A stretch of DNA of 64,000 nt from Gammaproteobacteria bacterium (lineage in GTDB: Bacteria; Pseudomonadota; Gammaproteobacteria; Steroidobacterales; Rariloculaceae): positions 13,832 to 77,831 of the forward strand of contig DASZSB010000194.1 in NCBI GenBank assembly GCA_035548835.1. Direction: 5' to 3'. Made by a program: the position numbers and the translations under genes. Under the pieces are notes generated by a model. It did no database searches and was not told the origin of the DNA. It worked only from the letters and a program-made list of their open reading frames with translations. This document shows, piece after piece, positions 1 to 10,466 of this stretch (its first letter is position 1; each line of letters begins with the position of its first letter).

Positions 1-305
1 TTCCACATCCACTTGCCCGCCGACACGCGCCAGCTCGCCCACGCGGCCACCACGAGGAACAGCCCGGTCAGGCTCGCCACGTAACGCGTGTACAGATCGA
101 AGACGAGCCCGACCGAAGCCACGATCTCGACGGCGAACGAGGCGTACAGCCAGGCGATCGGCGGCCGCAGGCCGGCCTTGTCCATGAAGCCCTTGACGAA
201 GTCCTGGTTGCGGAACTTCACGAACAGGTGGGGCAGCAGGAAGAGCCCGCAGACGATCCGCAGAATGTTCGCGCCATGCGTCAGGTCGAAGGCCTGTTCG
301 TGCAT
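1..305 (-). CDS. DoxX-family membrane protein (N-terminal part; 3' end lies beyond the left window edge)
   Basis: Hand translation of the minus strand from the ATG at 305 gives MHEQAFDLTHGANILRIVCGLFLLPHLFVKFRNQDFVKGFMDKAGLRPP... It has hydrophobic helices and a DoxX-like ILRI..G..F..H...K pattern. It is absent from the ORF track because it is open at the window edge. Confidence 0.55.
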   Translation of the reverse strand, partial: MHEQAFDLTHGANILRIVCGLFLLPHLFVKFRNQDFVKGFMDKAGLRPPIAWLYASFAVEIVASVGLVFDLYTRYVASLTGLFLVVAAWASWRVSAGKWMW

Positions 306-346
306 CGATCCCCCAGTGCGGCCATGAACGGGCCGCCGCGCCCGAC

Positions 347-1081
347 TCAGGGCTCTTTCTTCTTCAGTTGCAACGGACTGCGGCCGCGCCGGATCCGCAG
401 ATTCAGCATCTCCACGACCACCGAGAACGCCATCGCGAAGTAGATGTAGCTCTTCGGTAGATGCACGTCGGCGCCCTCCGCGATCAGCGCCACGCCGATC
501 AGCACGAGGAACGAGAGCGCGAGCATCTTGATCGTGGGGTGATCGTCGACGAAGCGGCCGATGGCACCGGCCGAGAACATCATGACGATCACGGCGATCA
601 CGATCGCCACGATCATCACGATGACGTCGTTCGCGAGCCCGACCGCCGTGATCACGGAATCGAGCGAAAACACGATGTCGATGATCCCGATCTGGAAGAT
701 CACGCTGACGAAACCGGCGTGCCGCACCTCGTGCTCTTCGGATTGCGCGCCTTCGAGACTCGAGTGAATCTCGAGCGTGGACTTTGCGATCAGGAACAGA
801 CCGCCGCCGATCAGGATCAGGTCACGCCCCGAGATGTCGATGCCGAATGCCGTGAACAGCGTAGATTGCAGCCGCATGATCCACGTCAGCAGCAGCAACA
901 GCAGGATGCGCGTGCCCATCGCGAAAGCGAGACCGAGGATCCGGGCCCGCTGCCGCTGCGCCTGCGGCAAGCGGCCGACGAGGATACTGATGAAGATGAT
1001 GTTGTCGACGCCGAGAACGATCTCGAGCGCGGTCAACGTGAACAGCGCAATCCACGCCTCGGGCGACGACAGCCACTCCAT
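347..1081 (-). CDS. TerC-family integral membrane protein
   Basis: The 244 aa ORF begins MEWLSSPEAWIALFTLTALEIVLGVDNIIFISIL..., matching the TerC/YegH N-terminal signature (LE..L..DN..F). It is multi-pass hydrophobic and starts at an ATG. Confidence 0.85.
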   Translation of the reverse strand: MEWLSSPEAWIALFTLTALEIVLGVDNIIFISILVGRLPQAQRQRARILGLAFAMGTRILLLLLLTWIMRLQSTLFTAFGIDISGRDLILIGGGLFLIAKSTLEIHSSLEGAQSEEHEVRHAGFVSVIFQIGIIDIVFSLDSVITAVGLANDVIVMIVAIVIAVIVMMFSAGAIGRFVDDHPTIKMLALSFLVLIGVALIAEGADVHLPKSYIYFAMAFSVVVEMLNLRIRRGRSPLQLKKKEP

Positions 1082-1102
1082 GGAACGGGAGCGAGTGGCG
1101 CG

Positions 1103-1846
1103 TTATTCGTCGATTGCGGCGTGCGGGTCGTCGAGCACCTTGGCGAGCGTATTGGGAGGCAGATAGCCGCCGATCAGCTCACCGGTCTCGGAGAACACGG
1201 CCGGCGTGCCGCGCACGCCGATTCTCTGGCCCAGCGTGTAGTGGGCCTCGACCGGCGTCTTCGCGCACTTCGCCGTGGGCACTTCGCCGCCGAGCTTCGC
1301 GCGCGTCAGCGCGGCAGCGTGATCGGGGGCGCACCACACGCCTTCGGCCTTTGCCCAGGACTCGGTATTCGGGCCCGTGCGCGGGTAGAACAGATAGTGG
1401 ACCTCTATGCCGAGGGCGGTGACCTTGTCGATGTCACGGTGGAACTGCCGGCAGTAGCCGCAGTCGACGTCCGTGAATACCGTGACCACGTGCTTGACCG
1501 GCTTACCCGCGGCCGGCTTGAAGATGATCATGCTGGCGGGATCGACGCTCTTCAGCATCGCGACGCGCGCCTTGGCGCGCGTCTCTTCCGTCAGGTTCGA
1601 GCTCGTCTTCGCGTCGTAGATGTCGCCTTTGATGATGTAGCGACCGTCCGTGGTGACGTAGGCGACGTTCGAGCCAATGGCCACCTGATAGATGCCGGCC
1701 ACCGGCGAGTTGCTGATGTCCTTGACCTCGATGCCGCTCAGCTGCCCCGCGAGCTGCTCCTTGGTGAGCTCCTCGGCCCCGGCGCCTGCGGCGGCCAGTG
1801 CGAGAGGCAAGAGACTCAGCGTTACGAGAGCGCGGTGTGTCTGCAC
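1103..1846 (-). CDS. dsbC: thiol:disulfide interchange protein DsbC
   Basis: It has a signal peptide, a DsbC-type dimerisation N-domain, and a thioredoxin fold with the CGYC active site (FTDVDCGYCRQFH). It starts at a GTG preceded by AGGAGA. The position next to xerD is classical synteny. Confidence 0.85.
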   Translation of the reverse strand: MQTHRALVTLSLLPLALAAAGAGAEELTKEQLAGQLSGIEVKDISNSPVAGIYQVAIGSNVAYVTTDGRYIIKGDIYDAKTSSNLTEETRAKARVAMLKSVDPASMIIFKPAAGKPVKHVVTVFTDVDCGYCRQFHRDIDKVTALGIEVHYLFYPRTGPNTESWAKAEGVWCAPDHAAALTRAKLGGEVPTAKCAKTPVEAHYTLGQRIGVRGTPAVFSETGELIGGYLPPNTLAKVLDDPHAAIDE

Positions 1847-1923
1847 GGGCAGTCTCCTAATGGGAGGGACGCGACGAGCGTCCGACGATTCTACCAGTAA
1901 AGACCGCTGCGGGAAGCGTCGGT

Positions 1924-2868
1924 TCAGCCGCGCGGGTGGTGCCGGCTGTGAAGCTCTTTCATGCGCTCACGCGCGACGTGCGTGTAGATCTGTGTCGTCG
2001 AGACGTCGCTGTGGCCGAGCAGCAGCTGGACCACGCGCAGGTCCGCGCCGTTGTTCAGCAAATGCGTCGCGAACGCGTGCCGGACCGTGTGCGGGGACAG
2101 CTTCTTCTTGACCCCCGCCTTCTTCGCGTAGCGCTTGATGATGTGCCAGAAGGCCTGGCGCGTCATGCGGTCGCCGCGGCGCGTCGGGAACAGGTAATCG
2201 GTCTGACGCTCGAGCAGGATCTCGACGCGCGGGCCGTTCACGAACTCCTTGACCCAGTCCTGCGCTTCGTCGCCGAGCGGGATCAGCCGCTCGCGATCGC
2301 CCTTGCCGACGATCCGGAGCACGCCCTGGTTCAGGTTCACTTGACTCATCTTCAGATTGATGAGCTCCGAGACACGCACACCCGTGGCGTACAGCACCTC
2401 GAGCATCGCGCGGTCACGGTGACCCAGGGGCTCGGCGACGGTCGGGGCCGCGAGCAGAGCTTCGACCTCTTCTTCGGTCAGGGACTGCGGCAGCGCGCGG
2501 CCGATCTTCGGCATCGCGATCTGCGCCGTCGGATCCTCGCTCAGCAGCCCTTCGCGCAGCAGGTAGCGATAGAAACGACGGAAGCTCGACAGCTGGCGAG
2601 CGGTCGAACGCGGCTTGGCCCCGGATTCGACGCGCCACGCGATGTAATCGAGAATATCCGCGCGGCTGGCCCGCGCGAGCTCGACGTTACGCGACACCAG
2701 GCGTTGGTTCAGCGCCAGCAGGTCGGCGCGATACGCGCCGAGCGTATTCTCGGACAACCCTCGCTCCATCCAGATCGCATCGAGGAAGCGATCGATGAGC
2801 ACCTTCGGGTCGCCGGGTAGACTCACACCTGCCTGAGCCGGGCTGCTGTGCAGAAAGTTGTGCGCCAT
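1924..2868 (-). CDS. xerD: site-specific tyrosine recombinase XerD
   Basis: DRFLDAIWMERGLSENTLGAYRADL matches the XerD N-terminus. The C-terminus reads HTVRHAFATHLLNNGADLRVVQLLLGHSDVSTTQIYTHV, which includes the catalytic Y. The N-terminal roughly 20 aa extension makes the exact start uncertain. Confidence 0.9.
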   Translation of the reverse strand: MAHNFLHSSPAQAGVSLPGDPKVLIDRFLDAIWMERGLSENTLGAYRADLLALNQRLVSRNVELARASRADILDYIAWRVESGAKPRSTARQLSSFRRFYRYLLREGLLSEDPTAQIAMPKIGRALPQSLTEEEVEALLAAPTVAEPLGHRDRAMLEVLYATGVRVSELINLKMSQVNLNQGVLRIVGKGDRERLIPLGDEAQDWVKEFVNGPRVEILLERQTDYLFPTRRGDRMTRQAFWHIIKRYAKKAGVKKKLSPHTVRHAFATHLLNNGADLRVVQLLLGHSDVSTTQIYTHVARERMKELHSRHHPRG

Positions 2869-3141
2869 TGCCTACGGTGCGGTCGCAGAATATTTTATAT
2901 GATTCAACACGTTATACACATTCTGCAGGCCCCAATTCGGGGCGTTGCAGTGGATCGAGTATGCGTGAGCCCCAAACCCACCTGCGTGACCGTCTTCACA
3001 GAAGGCCGGCAGCGTTAACATAAAGAGAAGCGTGTCACAGAAAGCCGGCGAAAAAGTGTCTGGGGTGTCGCTACCGTGCGACGCGTGCTTTGACATAAAC
3101 GTCGCGTTGGCGCGACTCGGCGCCACATCGGCCGCCTCGAC

Positions 3142-3870
3142 ATGAGGGTTCGGCGGCTCATACGCGCCTGCTACGGCACCTATGCATGGGTGGCGCTGGC
3201 CGCGATCGCGTTGCCGATGTGCGTGTTGCTCGCCGTCACCCCGGGCGTGCATCGGCGCCGCAACATCGCCCGAAACGCGTCGAAGATGTTCTTCGCCTCG
3301 ATCGGCAGCCCCATCCGCGTCGAGGGAGGCGAGATTCGGCACTACCCCTGCGTCATCGTCGCGAATCACGCGAGCTACCTCGACGGCATCATTTTGACCG
3401 CCGCCCTCCCCGCCGGGTTCACGTACCTGATCAAGCAGCAGATGACGCAGGTGCCGGTCGTCGGCTACATCCTGCGGCGGCTGGGTTCGGCGTTCGTCGA
3501 TCGGACCGATCCCCGCGACCGTCACCGGATCGCGCGGACGCTGGTTGGCCAGGCGCGCCAGGGCGCTGCGCTCGGATTCTTTCCCGAGGGAACGTTCGAC
3601 GCCTCGCCCGGCCTGAAGCCCTTCCAGCTGGGCGCCTTCAGCGCCGCCGCGCGGGCCAAGCTGCCGGTGGTGCCGGTCGTGATCTACGGCGCGCGCGAGA
3701 AACTGCCCGCAGGGCGGGTGCTACCGGCCCCCGGGCCACTGCGCATCCGTATCTGCGACCCGCTGCATGCCACGGACGAAGTATCGCCGAGAACCCTGAT
3801 GCAACTCACGCGCCGCACGATGCTCGTTCACCTGGACGAGCCGGACCTGGCTCAGCCGGAAGAGCCTTAG
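3142..3870 (+). CDS. 1-acyl-sn-glycerol-3-phosphate (lysophospholipid) acyltransferase family protein
   Basis: It carries the HX4D acyltransferase motif (VANHASYLDG) and an FPEGT motif, with an N-terminal membrane helix. Confidence 0.8.
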   Translation: MRVRRLIRACYGTYAWVALAAIALPMCVLLAVTPGVHRRRNIARNASKMFFASIGSPIRVEGGEIRHYPCVIVANHASYLDGIILTAALPAGFTYLIKQQMTQVPVVGYILRRLGSAFVDRTDPRDRHRIARTLVGQARQGAALGFFPEGTFDASPGLKPFQLGAFSAAARAKLPVVPVVIYGAREKLPAGRVLPAPGPLRIRICDPLHATDEVSPRTLMQLTRRTMLVHLDEPDLAQPEEP

Positions 3871-3900
3871 CCGCTTCGGGGTCAAGAGGGTGTCACCCCG

Positions 3901-5535
3901 TTACATGCCGGAGTAGTTGGGGCCGCTGCCACCCTCGGGCGGCACCCAGGTGATGTTCTGCGCCGGGTCCTTGATGTCGCAGGTCTTGCAGTGCACGCAG
4001 TTGGCCGCATTGATCCGCAGCTCCGGCGCGCCACCCGCGCCCGTCACGACCTCGTACACACCGGCCGGGCAGTAACGCTGTGCCGGCTCCGCATAGCGCG
4101 GCAGGTTCACGGCCATGGGGACCTTCGCATCCGCGAGCTCGAGGTGACACGGCTGGTCTTCCTCGTGCGCGGTGCTCGCGAGGAACACTGAGCTCGCCCG
4201 ATCGAAGGAGACGACGCCGTCGGGCGCGGAATAGCGGATACGCCGCGAACGCGACGCGCGTCGCAGCGCGTGATCCGGCTTGCGATTGTGCAACGTCAGC
4301 GGCGACCGCCCATCGAGCAGATTCTGCTCCAGCACGGCGAGCCCACCGCCGAGCAGCGGACCCAGCTTCGCGACACCGGGACTGAAATTGCGGCCGGCAC
4401 GCAGCTCGTCGAAGATCCACGACGCGCGAATGCGGTCTCCGTAGCGCGCGAGCTCGGCGTCCGCCGCCTCACCCGTTTGCGCGAGCGCCGCGAAGAGCGT
4501 CTCGGCCGCGAGCATGCCGCTCTTCATGGCGGTATGCGAACCCTTGATCTTGGCCGGATTCAGGAAGCCCGCATCGCAACCCACGAGCAATCCGCCGGGC
4601 ACGTCGAGCCGCGGCAGCGACTGCAGCCCACCCTTGTTCACCGCGCGGGCGCCGTAGGCGATGCGCTGCCCTCCGACGAGCAGCTCGCGAATCAAAGGAT
4701 GCTGCTTCCAGCGCTGGAACTCCGCGAACGGATCGAGATGCGGATTGCGATACGCGAGCGAGACGATCAGGCCGAGGTACAGCTTGCCGCCGTCGGCGTG
4801 ATACACGAACCCGCCGCCATCGGTGAACAGCCCGAGCGGCCAGCCGACCGTGTGCAGCACGGCGCCGGGGCGGTGCCTGGCGGGATCGACCTGCCAGATC
4901 TCCTTGAAACCGAGCGCATAGTGCTGGGGGTCGACGCCGGCGCGCAGATCGAACCGCGCTTCGAGGCGGCGACCGAGATGCCCGCGACACCCCTCGGCGA
5001 ACACGGTGTAACGACTCTTGAGCTCGTAGCCCCCCTGGTAGTTCGGCTTCATGGTGCCGTCGCGCGCAACGCCCATGTCGCCGGTCACCACACCGATGAC
5101 CCGGCCGCTGTCGTAGAGCACGTCGACCGCCGCAAAACCCGGCAGCACGTTGCAGCCGAGCGCCTCGGCCTGCTCACCGAGCCAGCGGCACAGATCACCC
5201 AGGCTGATCACGTAATGGCCGGAATTGCGCAGCGTGTGCGGAACCCAGCGGTCCTCGACCGGCACATGCCGCTGCGCGTCGCGCAGCCACGTGAGCTCGT
5301 CCGCGGCGACGGCCGTACTGACCGGTGCGCCGCGCGCACGCCAGTCGGGGAACAGCTCGTCGAGCGGGCGCGGATCGAACACGGCGCCGGACATGATGTG
5401 CGAGCCGACGGCCGCGCCCTTCTCGACCACGCATATGGAGATCTCTTTGCCGCCAGCACGTGCGAGCTGCGCGAGACGACATGCCGCAGCGAGGCCGGCG
5501 GGCCCAGCGCCGACCACGACGACGTCGAATTCCAT
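3901..5535 (-). CDS. electron transfer flavoprotein-ubiquinone oxidoreductase (ETF-QO)
   Basis: It has an FAD dinucleotide fold at the N-terminus (MEFDVVVVGAGPAGLAAA) and the 4Fe-4S C-terminal signature CVHCKTCDIKDP...WVPPEGGSGPNY. I placed the start at the ATG at 5535 rather than the ORF-track start at 5631. Confidence 0.9.
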   Translation of the reverse strand: MEFDVVVVGAGPAGLAAACRLAQLARAGGKEISICVVEKGAAVGSHIMSGAVFDPRPLDELFPDWRARGAPVSTAVAADELTWLRDAQRHVPVEDRWVPHTLRNSGHYVISLGDLCRWLGEQAEALGCNVLPGFAAVDVLYDSGRVIGVVTGDMGVARDGTMKPNYQGGYELKSRYTVFAEGCRGHLGRRLEARFDLRAGVDPQHYALGFKEIWQVDPARHRPGAVLHTVGWPLGLFTDGGGFVYHADGGKLYLGLIVSLAYRNPHLDPFAEFQRWKQHPLIRELLVGGQRIAYGARAVNKGGLQSLPRLDVPGGLLVGCDAGFLNPAKIKGSHTAMKSGMLAAETLFAALAQTGEAADAELARYGDRIRASWIFDELRAGRNFSPGVAKLGPLLGGGLAVLEQNLLDGRSPLTLHNRKPDHALRRASRSRRIRYSAPDGVVSFDRASSVFLASTAHEEDQPCHLELADAKVPMAVNLPRYAEPAQRYCPAGVYEVVTGAGGAPELRINAANCVHCKTCDIKDPAQNITWVPPEGGSGPNYSGM

Positions 5536-5642
5536 GCTCTCGCGGGACACGTTCTGCGAATTGGCCGGCAAGCGGGAAATGGCGGCGCATTGTAACATCG
5601 CGCTCCGAACGTGCCCCAGGCCGACCATCACTTCGACACGCT

Positions 5643-7583
5643 GTGACCGAACCCATCTGGAAGCCTTCCGCTGAACGCAGCGCCAAGAGCAACATGCGGC
5701 GCTTCATCGCGGCACACCGCGCACGCCTCGCCGGCGACGATTACGCCGCCCTCTACCGCTGGAGCGTCGAATCGCCCGCAGAGTTCTGGGAAGCCGTCTG
5801 GGAGTTCTGCGGCGTTCGTTCCCGCACGGGCTACTCGTCGGTCGTGCGCGATGCCGACCGCATGCCGGGTGCACGCTGGTTCGAAGGCGCCACGCTGAAC
5901 TTCGCAGAGAACCTGCTGGCGCCGGCACGCTCCGGCGCCGCGATCGTCTTCGTCAACGAGCGCGACGAGCGCCTCGAGTTGAGCTGGCAGGAGCTGCGGG
6001 CGCAGGTGGCCAGCGTCGCGTCGAAGCTGGGCTCACTCGGCGTCGGCAAGGGCGATCGCGTGGCCGGGTTCGTTGCGAATCGCCCCGAGGCGGTCGTTGC
6101 GATGCTCGCGACGGCGAGTCTCGGCGCCGTGTGGTCATCCTGCTCGCCCGACTTCGGCGTCGATGCCGTGCTCGATCGCTTCGGACAGATCGAGCCCAAG
6201 GCGCTGTTCGCCACCGACGGCTATTTCTACAACGGCAAGAGCATCGACTGCCTGCCCTCGATCCGCTCGATCGCCGCGCGCCTGCCGTCGCTGCGCGGAG
6301 TAATCGTGATTCCGTACCGCAACCGCAATCCCGACGCGAGCGGCATTCCGAATGCCGCACTGTACCCCGACCTGCTGCGTCAACCGGCGGCGCTCGAGTT
6401 TACGCCGGTCGCGTTCGCGGACCCCGCGTACATCCTCTACTCGTCCGGAACGACGGGCGTGCCGAAGTGCATCGTGCACAGCGCGGGCGGCACGCTGCTG
6501 CAGCATCGCAAGGAGCACGTGCTGCATTCCGACATCTCGCCCGGCGACGTGGTGTTCTACTTCACGACCACCGGCTGGATGATGTGGAACTGGCTCGTAT
6601 CCGCCCTCGCCTCCGGCGCCACGCTCGTGCTGTTCGAAGGCGCGCCTCTGCATCCGGACCCCGGCGTGCTGTGGCGCATCGCGGAACGCGAGCGCATCGA
6701 CGTGTTCGGCACGAGCGCGAAGTATCTCAGCGCGCTCGAGAAGTCCGGTTACCGCCCGCGCGAGCACCATGACCTGGCCTCGCTGCGCAGCATTCTTTCG
6801 ACCGGCTCGCCGCTGGCGCCCTCGAGCTTCGATTACGTGTACGCCGATATCAAACAGGACTTGCAGCTCGCGTCGATTGCAGGCGGCACGGACCTGATCT
6901 CGTGCTTCGCGCTCGGCAATCCGCTCCTGCCCGTGTATCGCGGCGAGCTGCAATGCCGCGGGCTCGGCATGAAGGTGGAGATCTTCACGGCCGACGGCCG
7001 CCCCGTGCGCGAGCAGAAGGGCGAGCTCGTCTGCACGGCACCGTTCCCCTCGATGCCGGTAGGTTTCTGGAACGACCCCGACGGCAGCAAGTACCGCCGC
7101 GCGTACTTCGAGCGCTTTCCGAACGTGTGGCACCACGGCGACTACGCCGAGCTCACCGCGCACGACGGCCTCATCATCTACGGGCGCTCCGACGCCGTGC
7201 TGAATCCGGGCGGCGTGCGCATCGGCACCGCGGAGATCTACCGCATCGTCGAGCAGTTCCCCGAGATCGCGGAGAGCATCGTCGTGGGTCAGGACTGGGC
7301 CGACGACGTGCGCGTCGTGCTGTTCGTGCGCCTGCAACCGGACTGCACGCTCGACGCCGCGCTCGAGAAGCGCCTGCGCGATGAAATCCGCAAGCGCGCG
7401 AGCCCGCGCCACGTGCCGGCGAAGATCCTGGCGGTGGCCGACATTCCGCGCACGATGAACGGCAAGATCGTCGAGCTCGCGGTGCGCGACGCGATCCACG
7501 GCCGGCCGGTCGGCAATCTCGACGCGCTGGCGAACCCAGAGGCGCTGCAGCACTTCCGCGGCCGCCCAGAACTCGCGCAATGA
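5643..7583 (+). CDS. acetoacetyl-CoA synthetase
   Basis: The N-terminus (V)[20 protein letters not shown] matches acetoacetate-CoA ligases. It has the AMP-binding motif [10 protein letters not shown]. The start is a GTG at 5643; the ORF-track start at 5460 overlaps the divergent ETF-QO gene. Confidence 0.85.
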   Translation: MTEPIWKPSAERSAKSNMRRFIAAHRARLAGDDYAALYRWSVESPAEFWEAVWEFCGVRSRTGYSSVVRDADRMPGARWFEGATLNFAENLLAPARSGAAIVFVNERDERLELSWQELRAQVASVASKLGSLGVGKGDRVAGFVANRPEAVVAMLATASLGAVWSSCSPDFGVDAVLDRFGQIEPKALFATDGYFYNGKSIDCLPSIRSIAARLPSLRGVIVIPYRNRNPDASGIPNAALYPDLLRQPAALEFTPVAFADPAYILYSSGTTGVPKCIVHSAGGTLLQHRKEHVLHSDISPGDVVFYFTTTGWMMWNWLVSALASGATLVLFEGAPLHPDPGVLWRIAERERIDVFGTSAKYLSALEKSGYRPREHHDLASLRSILSTGSPLAPSSFDYVYADIKQDLQLASIAGGTDLISCFALGNPLLPVYRGELQCRGLGMKVEIFTADGRPVREQKGELVCTAPFPSMPVGFWNDPDGSKYRRAYFERFPNVWHHGDYAELTAHDGLIIYGRSDAVLNPGGVRIGTAEIYRIVEQFPEIAESIVVGQDWADDVRVVLFVRLQPDCTLDAALEKRLRDEIRKRASPRHVPAKILAVADIPRTMNGKIVELAVRDAIHGRPVGNLDALANPEALQHFRGRPELAQ

Positions 7584-8680
7584 CCGGCCCTCTCGCGCTC
7601 TATCGACAGCGCGTCGAGCGCGGCGAGCTCGCCGCCGATCCCGCGCAGGCGCAAGCCATCGCGGCGCTCGACCGCCTGCATCGTGACCTGGTGCGCGCGG
7701 GCCCGCCGCGGCGCGGCTGGCGGCAGCGGCTCGCGGCGCTGACTGGTCGCGCCAGCCCTCCGCGCGTGCGCGGCCTGTATCTGTGGGGCAGCGTGGGACG
7801 CGGCAAGACGTTCATGATGGACCTGTTCTTCGGCGCGCTGCCGTTCAAGGACAAGACGCGTCAGCACTTCCACCGCTTCATGGCGTCGGTGCACGAGCGC
7901 CTGAAGCACCACCGCGACGTCGAGAATCCGCTCGAGCTGGTGGCCGACGAGATCGCGGCCGAGGCGCGCATCATCTGCTTCGACGAGTTCGTGGTCACCG
8001 ACATCGCGGACGCCATGATCCTCGGCAACCTGTTCGCCGGATTGTTCGCACGCGGCGTGACGCTGGCCGCCACCTCGAACATCGCGCCGGAGCACCTGTA
8101 CAAGGACGGCCTGCAGCGCCAGCGGTTCCTGCCGACGATCGCGCTGCTGCGCGAGCACACGGAGGTTCTGCACGTCGGCGGCGCCACCGACTACCGGCTG
8201 CGCGCGCTCGAGCGCGCCGACACCTACCAGACACCGAGCGGTCCGGCCGCCGATCAGAAGCTCACGGAGTTCTTCGACGCGATCGCGCCGGACGAAGGCG
8301 ACCACGGCGGGACGATCGAGCTGTTCGGCCGCCGCATCGACTACCGGCGCGCGGCCGACGGCGTGATCTGGTTCGATTTCGCGCAGATCTGCGACGGCCC
8401 GCGCAGCCAGGACGACTACATCGAGCTGTCACGCCTGTATCAGACCGTGCTCGTGTCGAACGTGCCGCGCTTCGACGTGACGCTCGAGAATCAGGCACGC
8501 CGCTTCATTGCGCTCGTCGACGAGTTCTACGACCGGCGCGTGAAGCTGATCCTGTCGGCGGCCGCTCCCGTGACGGATCTGTACGCGGGCGAGAAGCTGC
8601 GGTTCGACATAGGGCGGACGCAGAGCCGGCTGCAGGAGATGCAGACTCACGACTATCTGGCCGAGGCGCACCGGCCGTAA
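7580..8680 (+). CDS. zapE: cell division protein ZapE (AFG1-like ATPase)
   Basis: It has a Walker A motif in LYLWGSVGRGKTFMMDLFF and an AFG1/YhcM-like overall pattern. An ATGA start-stop overlap links it to the upstream gene. Confidence 0.85.
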   Translation: MTGPLALYRQRVERGELAADPAQAQAIAALDRLHRDLVRAGPPRRGWRQRLAALTGRASPPRVRGLYLWGSVGRGKTFMMDLFFGALPFKDKTRQHFHRFMASVHERLKHHRDVENPLELVADEIAAEARIICFDEFVVTDIADAMILGNLFAGLFARGVTLAATSNIAPEHLYKDGLQRQRFLPTIALLREHTEVLHVGGATDYRLRALERADTYQTPSGPAADQKLTEFFDAIAPDEGDHGGTIELFGRRIDYRRAADGVIWFDFAQICDGPRSQDDYIELSRLYQTVLVSNVPRFDVTLENQARRFIALVDEFYDRRVKLILSAAAPVTDLYAGEKLRFDIGRTQSRLQEMQTHDYLAEAHRP

Positions 8681-8690
8681 CGGCGCGCGC

Positions 8691-9551
8691 TCAGCCGAGC
8701 CGGCTGCGGACTTCCATGAGCTCGGGGAAGAACGCGTTGTCGACGGTGCGCTGCAGGTACTTCACGCCCGACGTGCCGCCCGTGCCAGGCTTCATGCCGA
8801 TGATGCGCTCCACGGTCTTCAGATGGTGGAAACGCCAGAGCTGGAAATTCACCTCGATGTCTACCAGCCGCTCGGAGACCTCGTAGGCAGCCCAGTACTG
8901 GTCAGGGTGCTGATAGATGATCTGCAGCACGTCGACGACGCCCGGATGGTGCTCGTACCTCTCGGTCCAGTCGCGCTCGACGCGCGTTTCCGGCACGCGA
9001 TGGCCCACGCGGTACAGATAACGCAGGAACTCGTCGTAGAGCCCCGGGTGCTCGAGCGCGTACTTCAGGCTCCGGTAGTAGTCGAGATGGTGCGTGAAGC
9101 GCGACAGCGCCGCGCGATCCTTGCGCCCGAGCTTGAACTCGAGCAGCCGGTACTGCGGCGACTGGAAACCGGACGCGGTGCCCAGCGTGTCGCGGAACGC
9201 CGAGTACTCCGACGGCGTGAGCGTCGCCAGCACGGCCCACTGGTTGACGAGCTGTTGCTGCACGCGCTTGATGCGGTCGAACACCTTGATGCTCTGCGGC
9301 AGCTGGTCGTTCTGCAGGCGCTCGATCGCCGCATCGATCTCGTGAATCACGAGCTTGAACCAGAGCTCCGCGACCTGATGCTGGATGATGAACAGCATCT
9401 CGTCGTGCTCGGGCGCGTTGCTGATCGGCCGCTGCGAGGAGAGCAGCCTATCGAGCTGCAGATACGTCTCGTAGCGGACCTGGCCGGCAACGAGGTGCGA
9501 CGTCGACGCGACCGGCTCGGCGTTCTGTTCCGGATCGGACTGCACGGTCAT
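8691..9551 (-). CDS. kynA: tryptophan 2,3-dioxygenase
   Basis: YETYLQLDRLLSSQRP...HDEMLFIIQHQVAELWFKL is the TDO signature. I placed the start at MTVQSDPEQ (9551). The upstream part of the 414 aa track ORF is low-complexity and overlaps the gpmA promoter region. Confidence 0.85.
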   Translation of the reverse strand: MTVQSDPEQNAEPVASTSHLVAGQVRYETYLQLDRLLSSQRPISNAPEHDEMLFIIQHQVAELWFKLVIHEIDAAIERLQNDQLPQSIKVFDRIKRVQQQLVNQWAVLATLTPSEYSAFRDTLGTASGFQSPQYRLLEFKLGRKDRAALSRFTHHLDYYRSLKYALEHPGLYDEFLRYLYRVGHRVPETRVERDWTERYEHHPGVVDVLQIIYQHPDQYWAAYEVSERLVDIEVNFQLWRFHHLKTVERIIGMKPGTGGTSGVKYLQRTVDNAFFPELMEVRSRLG

Positions 9552-9684
9552 GGTTCGCGATCCCGGCCTCACGGCTCGTTCCCTGATGCGAACAGGGTAC
9601 TCGCTCCGCCCGCTGCGGCAAAGCCGCCGCACGGGCGTGACGTAACCGGTTGATCTCGAGCCGCGAACACCGAACAATGGCGGC

Positions 9685-10461
9685 ATGAAAACAAGCAATG
9701 CGCGGCCGGCGGTCGGCCGACTGGTGTTCGTCCGCCACGGCCAGAGCGACTGGAACGAGAAGAACCTCTTCACCGGCTGGACCGACGTCGATCTTTCACC
9801 CAAAGGCGAGGCCGAAGCGCGCGACGCGGGGCGCACGCTGGTGAAATACGGGCTCGCGTTCGACATGGCGTTCACGTCCGTGCTGACGCGCGCCATCCGC
9901 ACGCTGTGGCTCGTGCTCGACGAGATGAAGCTCATGTGGATTCCCGTCGAGAACTCCTGGCGCCTGAACGAGCGCCACTACGGTGCGCTGCAGGGTCTCG
10001 ACAAGGCGCAGACCGCGGCGACGCACGGTGAGGCGCAGGTCAAGATCTGGCGCCGCAGCTACGACATCCCGCCGCCGGCACTCGAAACCAGCGACGAGCG
10101 GCATCCGTGCCACGACCCGCGCTACGCCGCATTGACGCCGAGCGTGCTGCCCGGCACGGAATCGCTGAAGACCACGCTCGCACGCGTGAAGCCGTACTGG
10201 GAGGACCGCATCGCACCCCAGCTGCTGGCCGGGCGCAGCGTGCTCGTGGCCGCGCACGGCAACAGCCTGCGCGCACTCGTGAAGATGCTCGAAGGCGTCT
10301 CCGACGACGACATCACCGAGCTCAACATCCCGACCGGCGTGCCGCGGCTCTACGAGCTCGACGCAGCGCTGAAACCGACGCGCGCCGAGTACCTCGGCGA
10401 TCCGGCCGCGATTGCCGTCGCGGCGCAGGCCGTCGCCAACCAGGCGAAGGCGAAGAAGTAG
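9685..10461 (+). CDS. gpmA: 2,3-bisphosphoglycerate-dependent phosphoglycerate mutase
   Basis: [33 protein letters not shown] is the RHG histidine phosphatase motif. The size and C-terminal lysine-rich tail are typical of GpmA. Confidence 0.9.
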   Translation: MKTSNARPAVGRLVFVRHGQSDWNEKNLFTGWTDVDLSPKGEAEARDAGRTLVKYGLAFDMAFTSVLTRAIRTLWLVLDEMKLMWIPVENSWRLNERHYGALQGLDKAQTAATHGEAQVKIWRRSYDIPPPALETSDERHPCHDPRYAALTPSVLPGTESLKTTLARVKPYWEDRIAPQLLAGRSVLVAAHGNSLRALVKMLEGVSDDDITELNIPTGVPRLYELDAALKPTRAEYLGDPAAIAVAAQAVANQAKAKK

Positions 10462-10466
10462 TCTCC

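Noticed and set aside
461-1900. 479 aa plus-strand ORF
   Set aside because: It is antisense to the TerC and dsbC genes. Its D/R/H-rich low-complexity product has no family resemblance.
2881-2930. Possible dif (XerCD) site next to xerD
   Set aside because: The region is AT-rich, but it does not contain the conserved ATAATGTATATTATG-type core in either orientation. dif is also not expected next to xerD.
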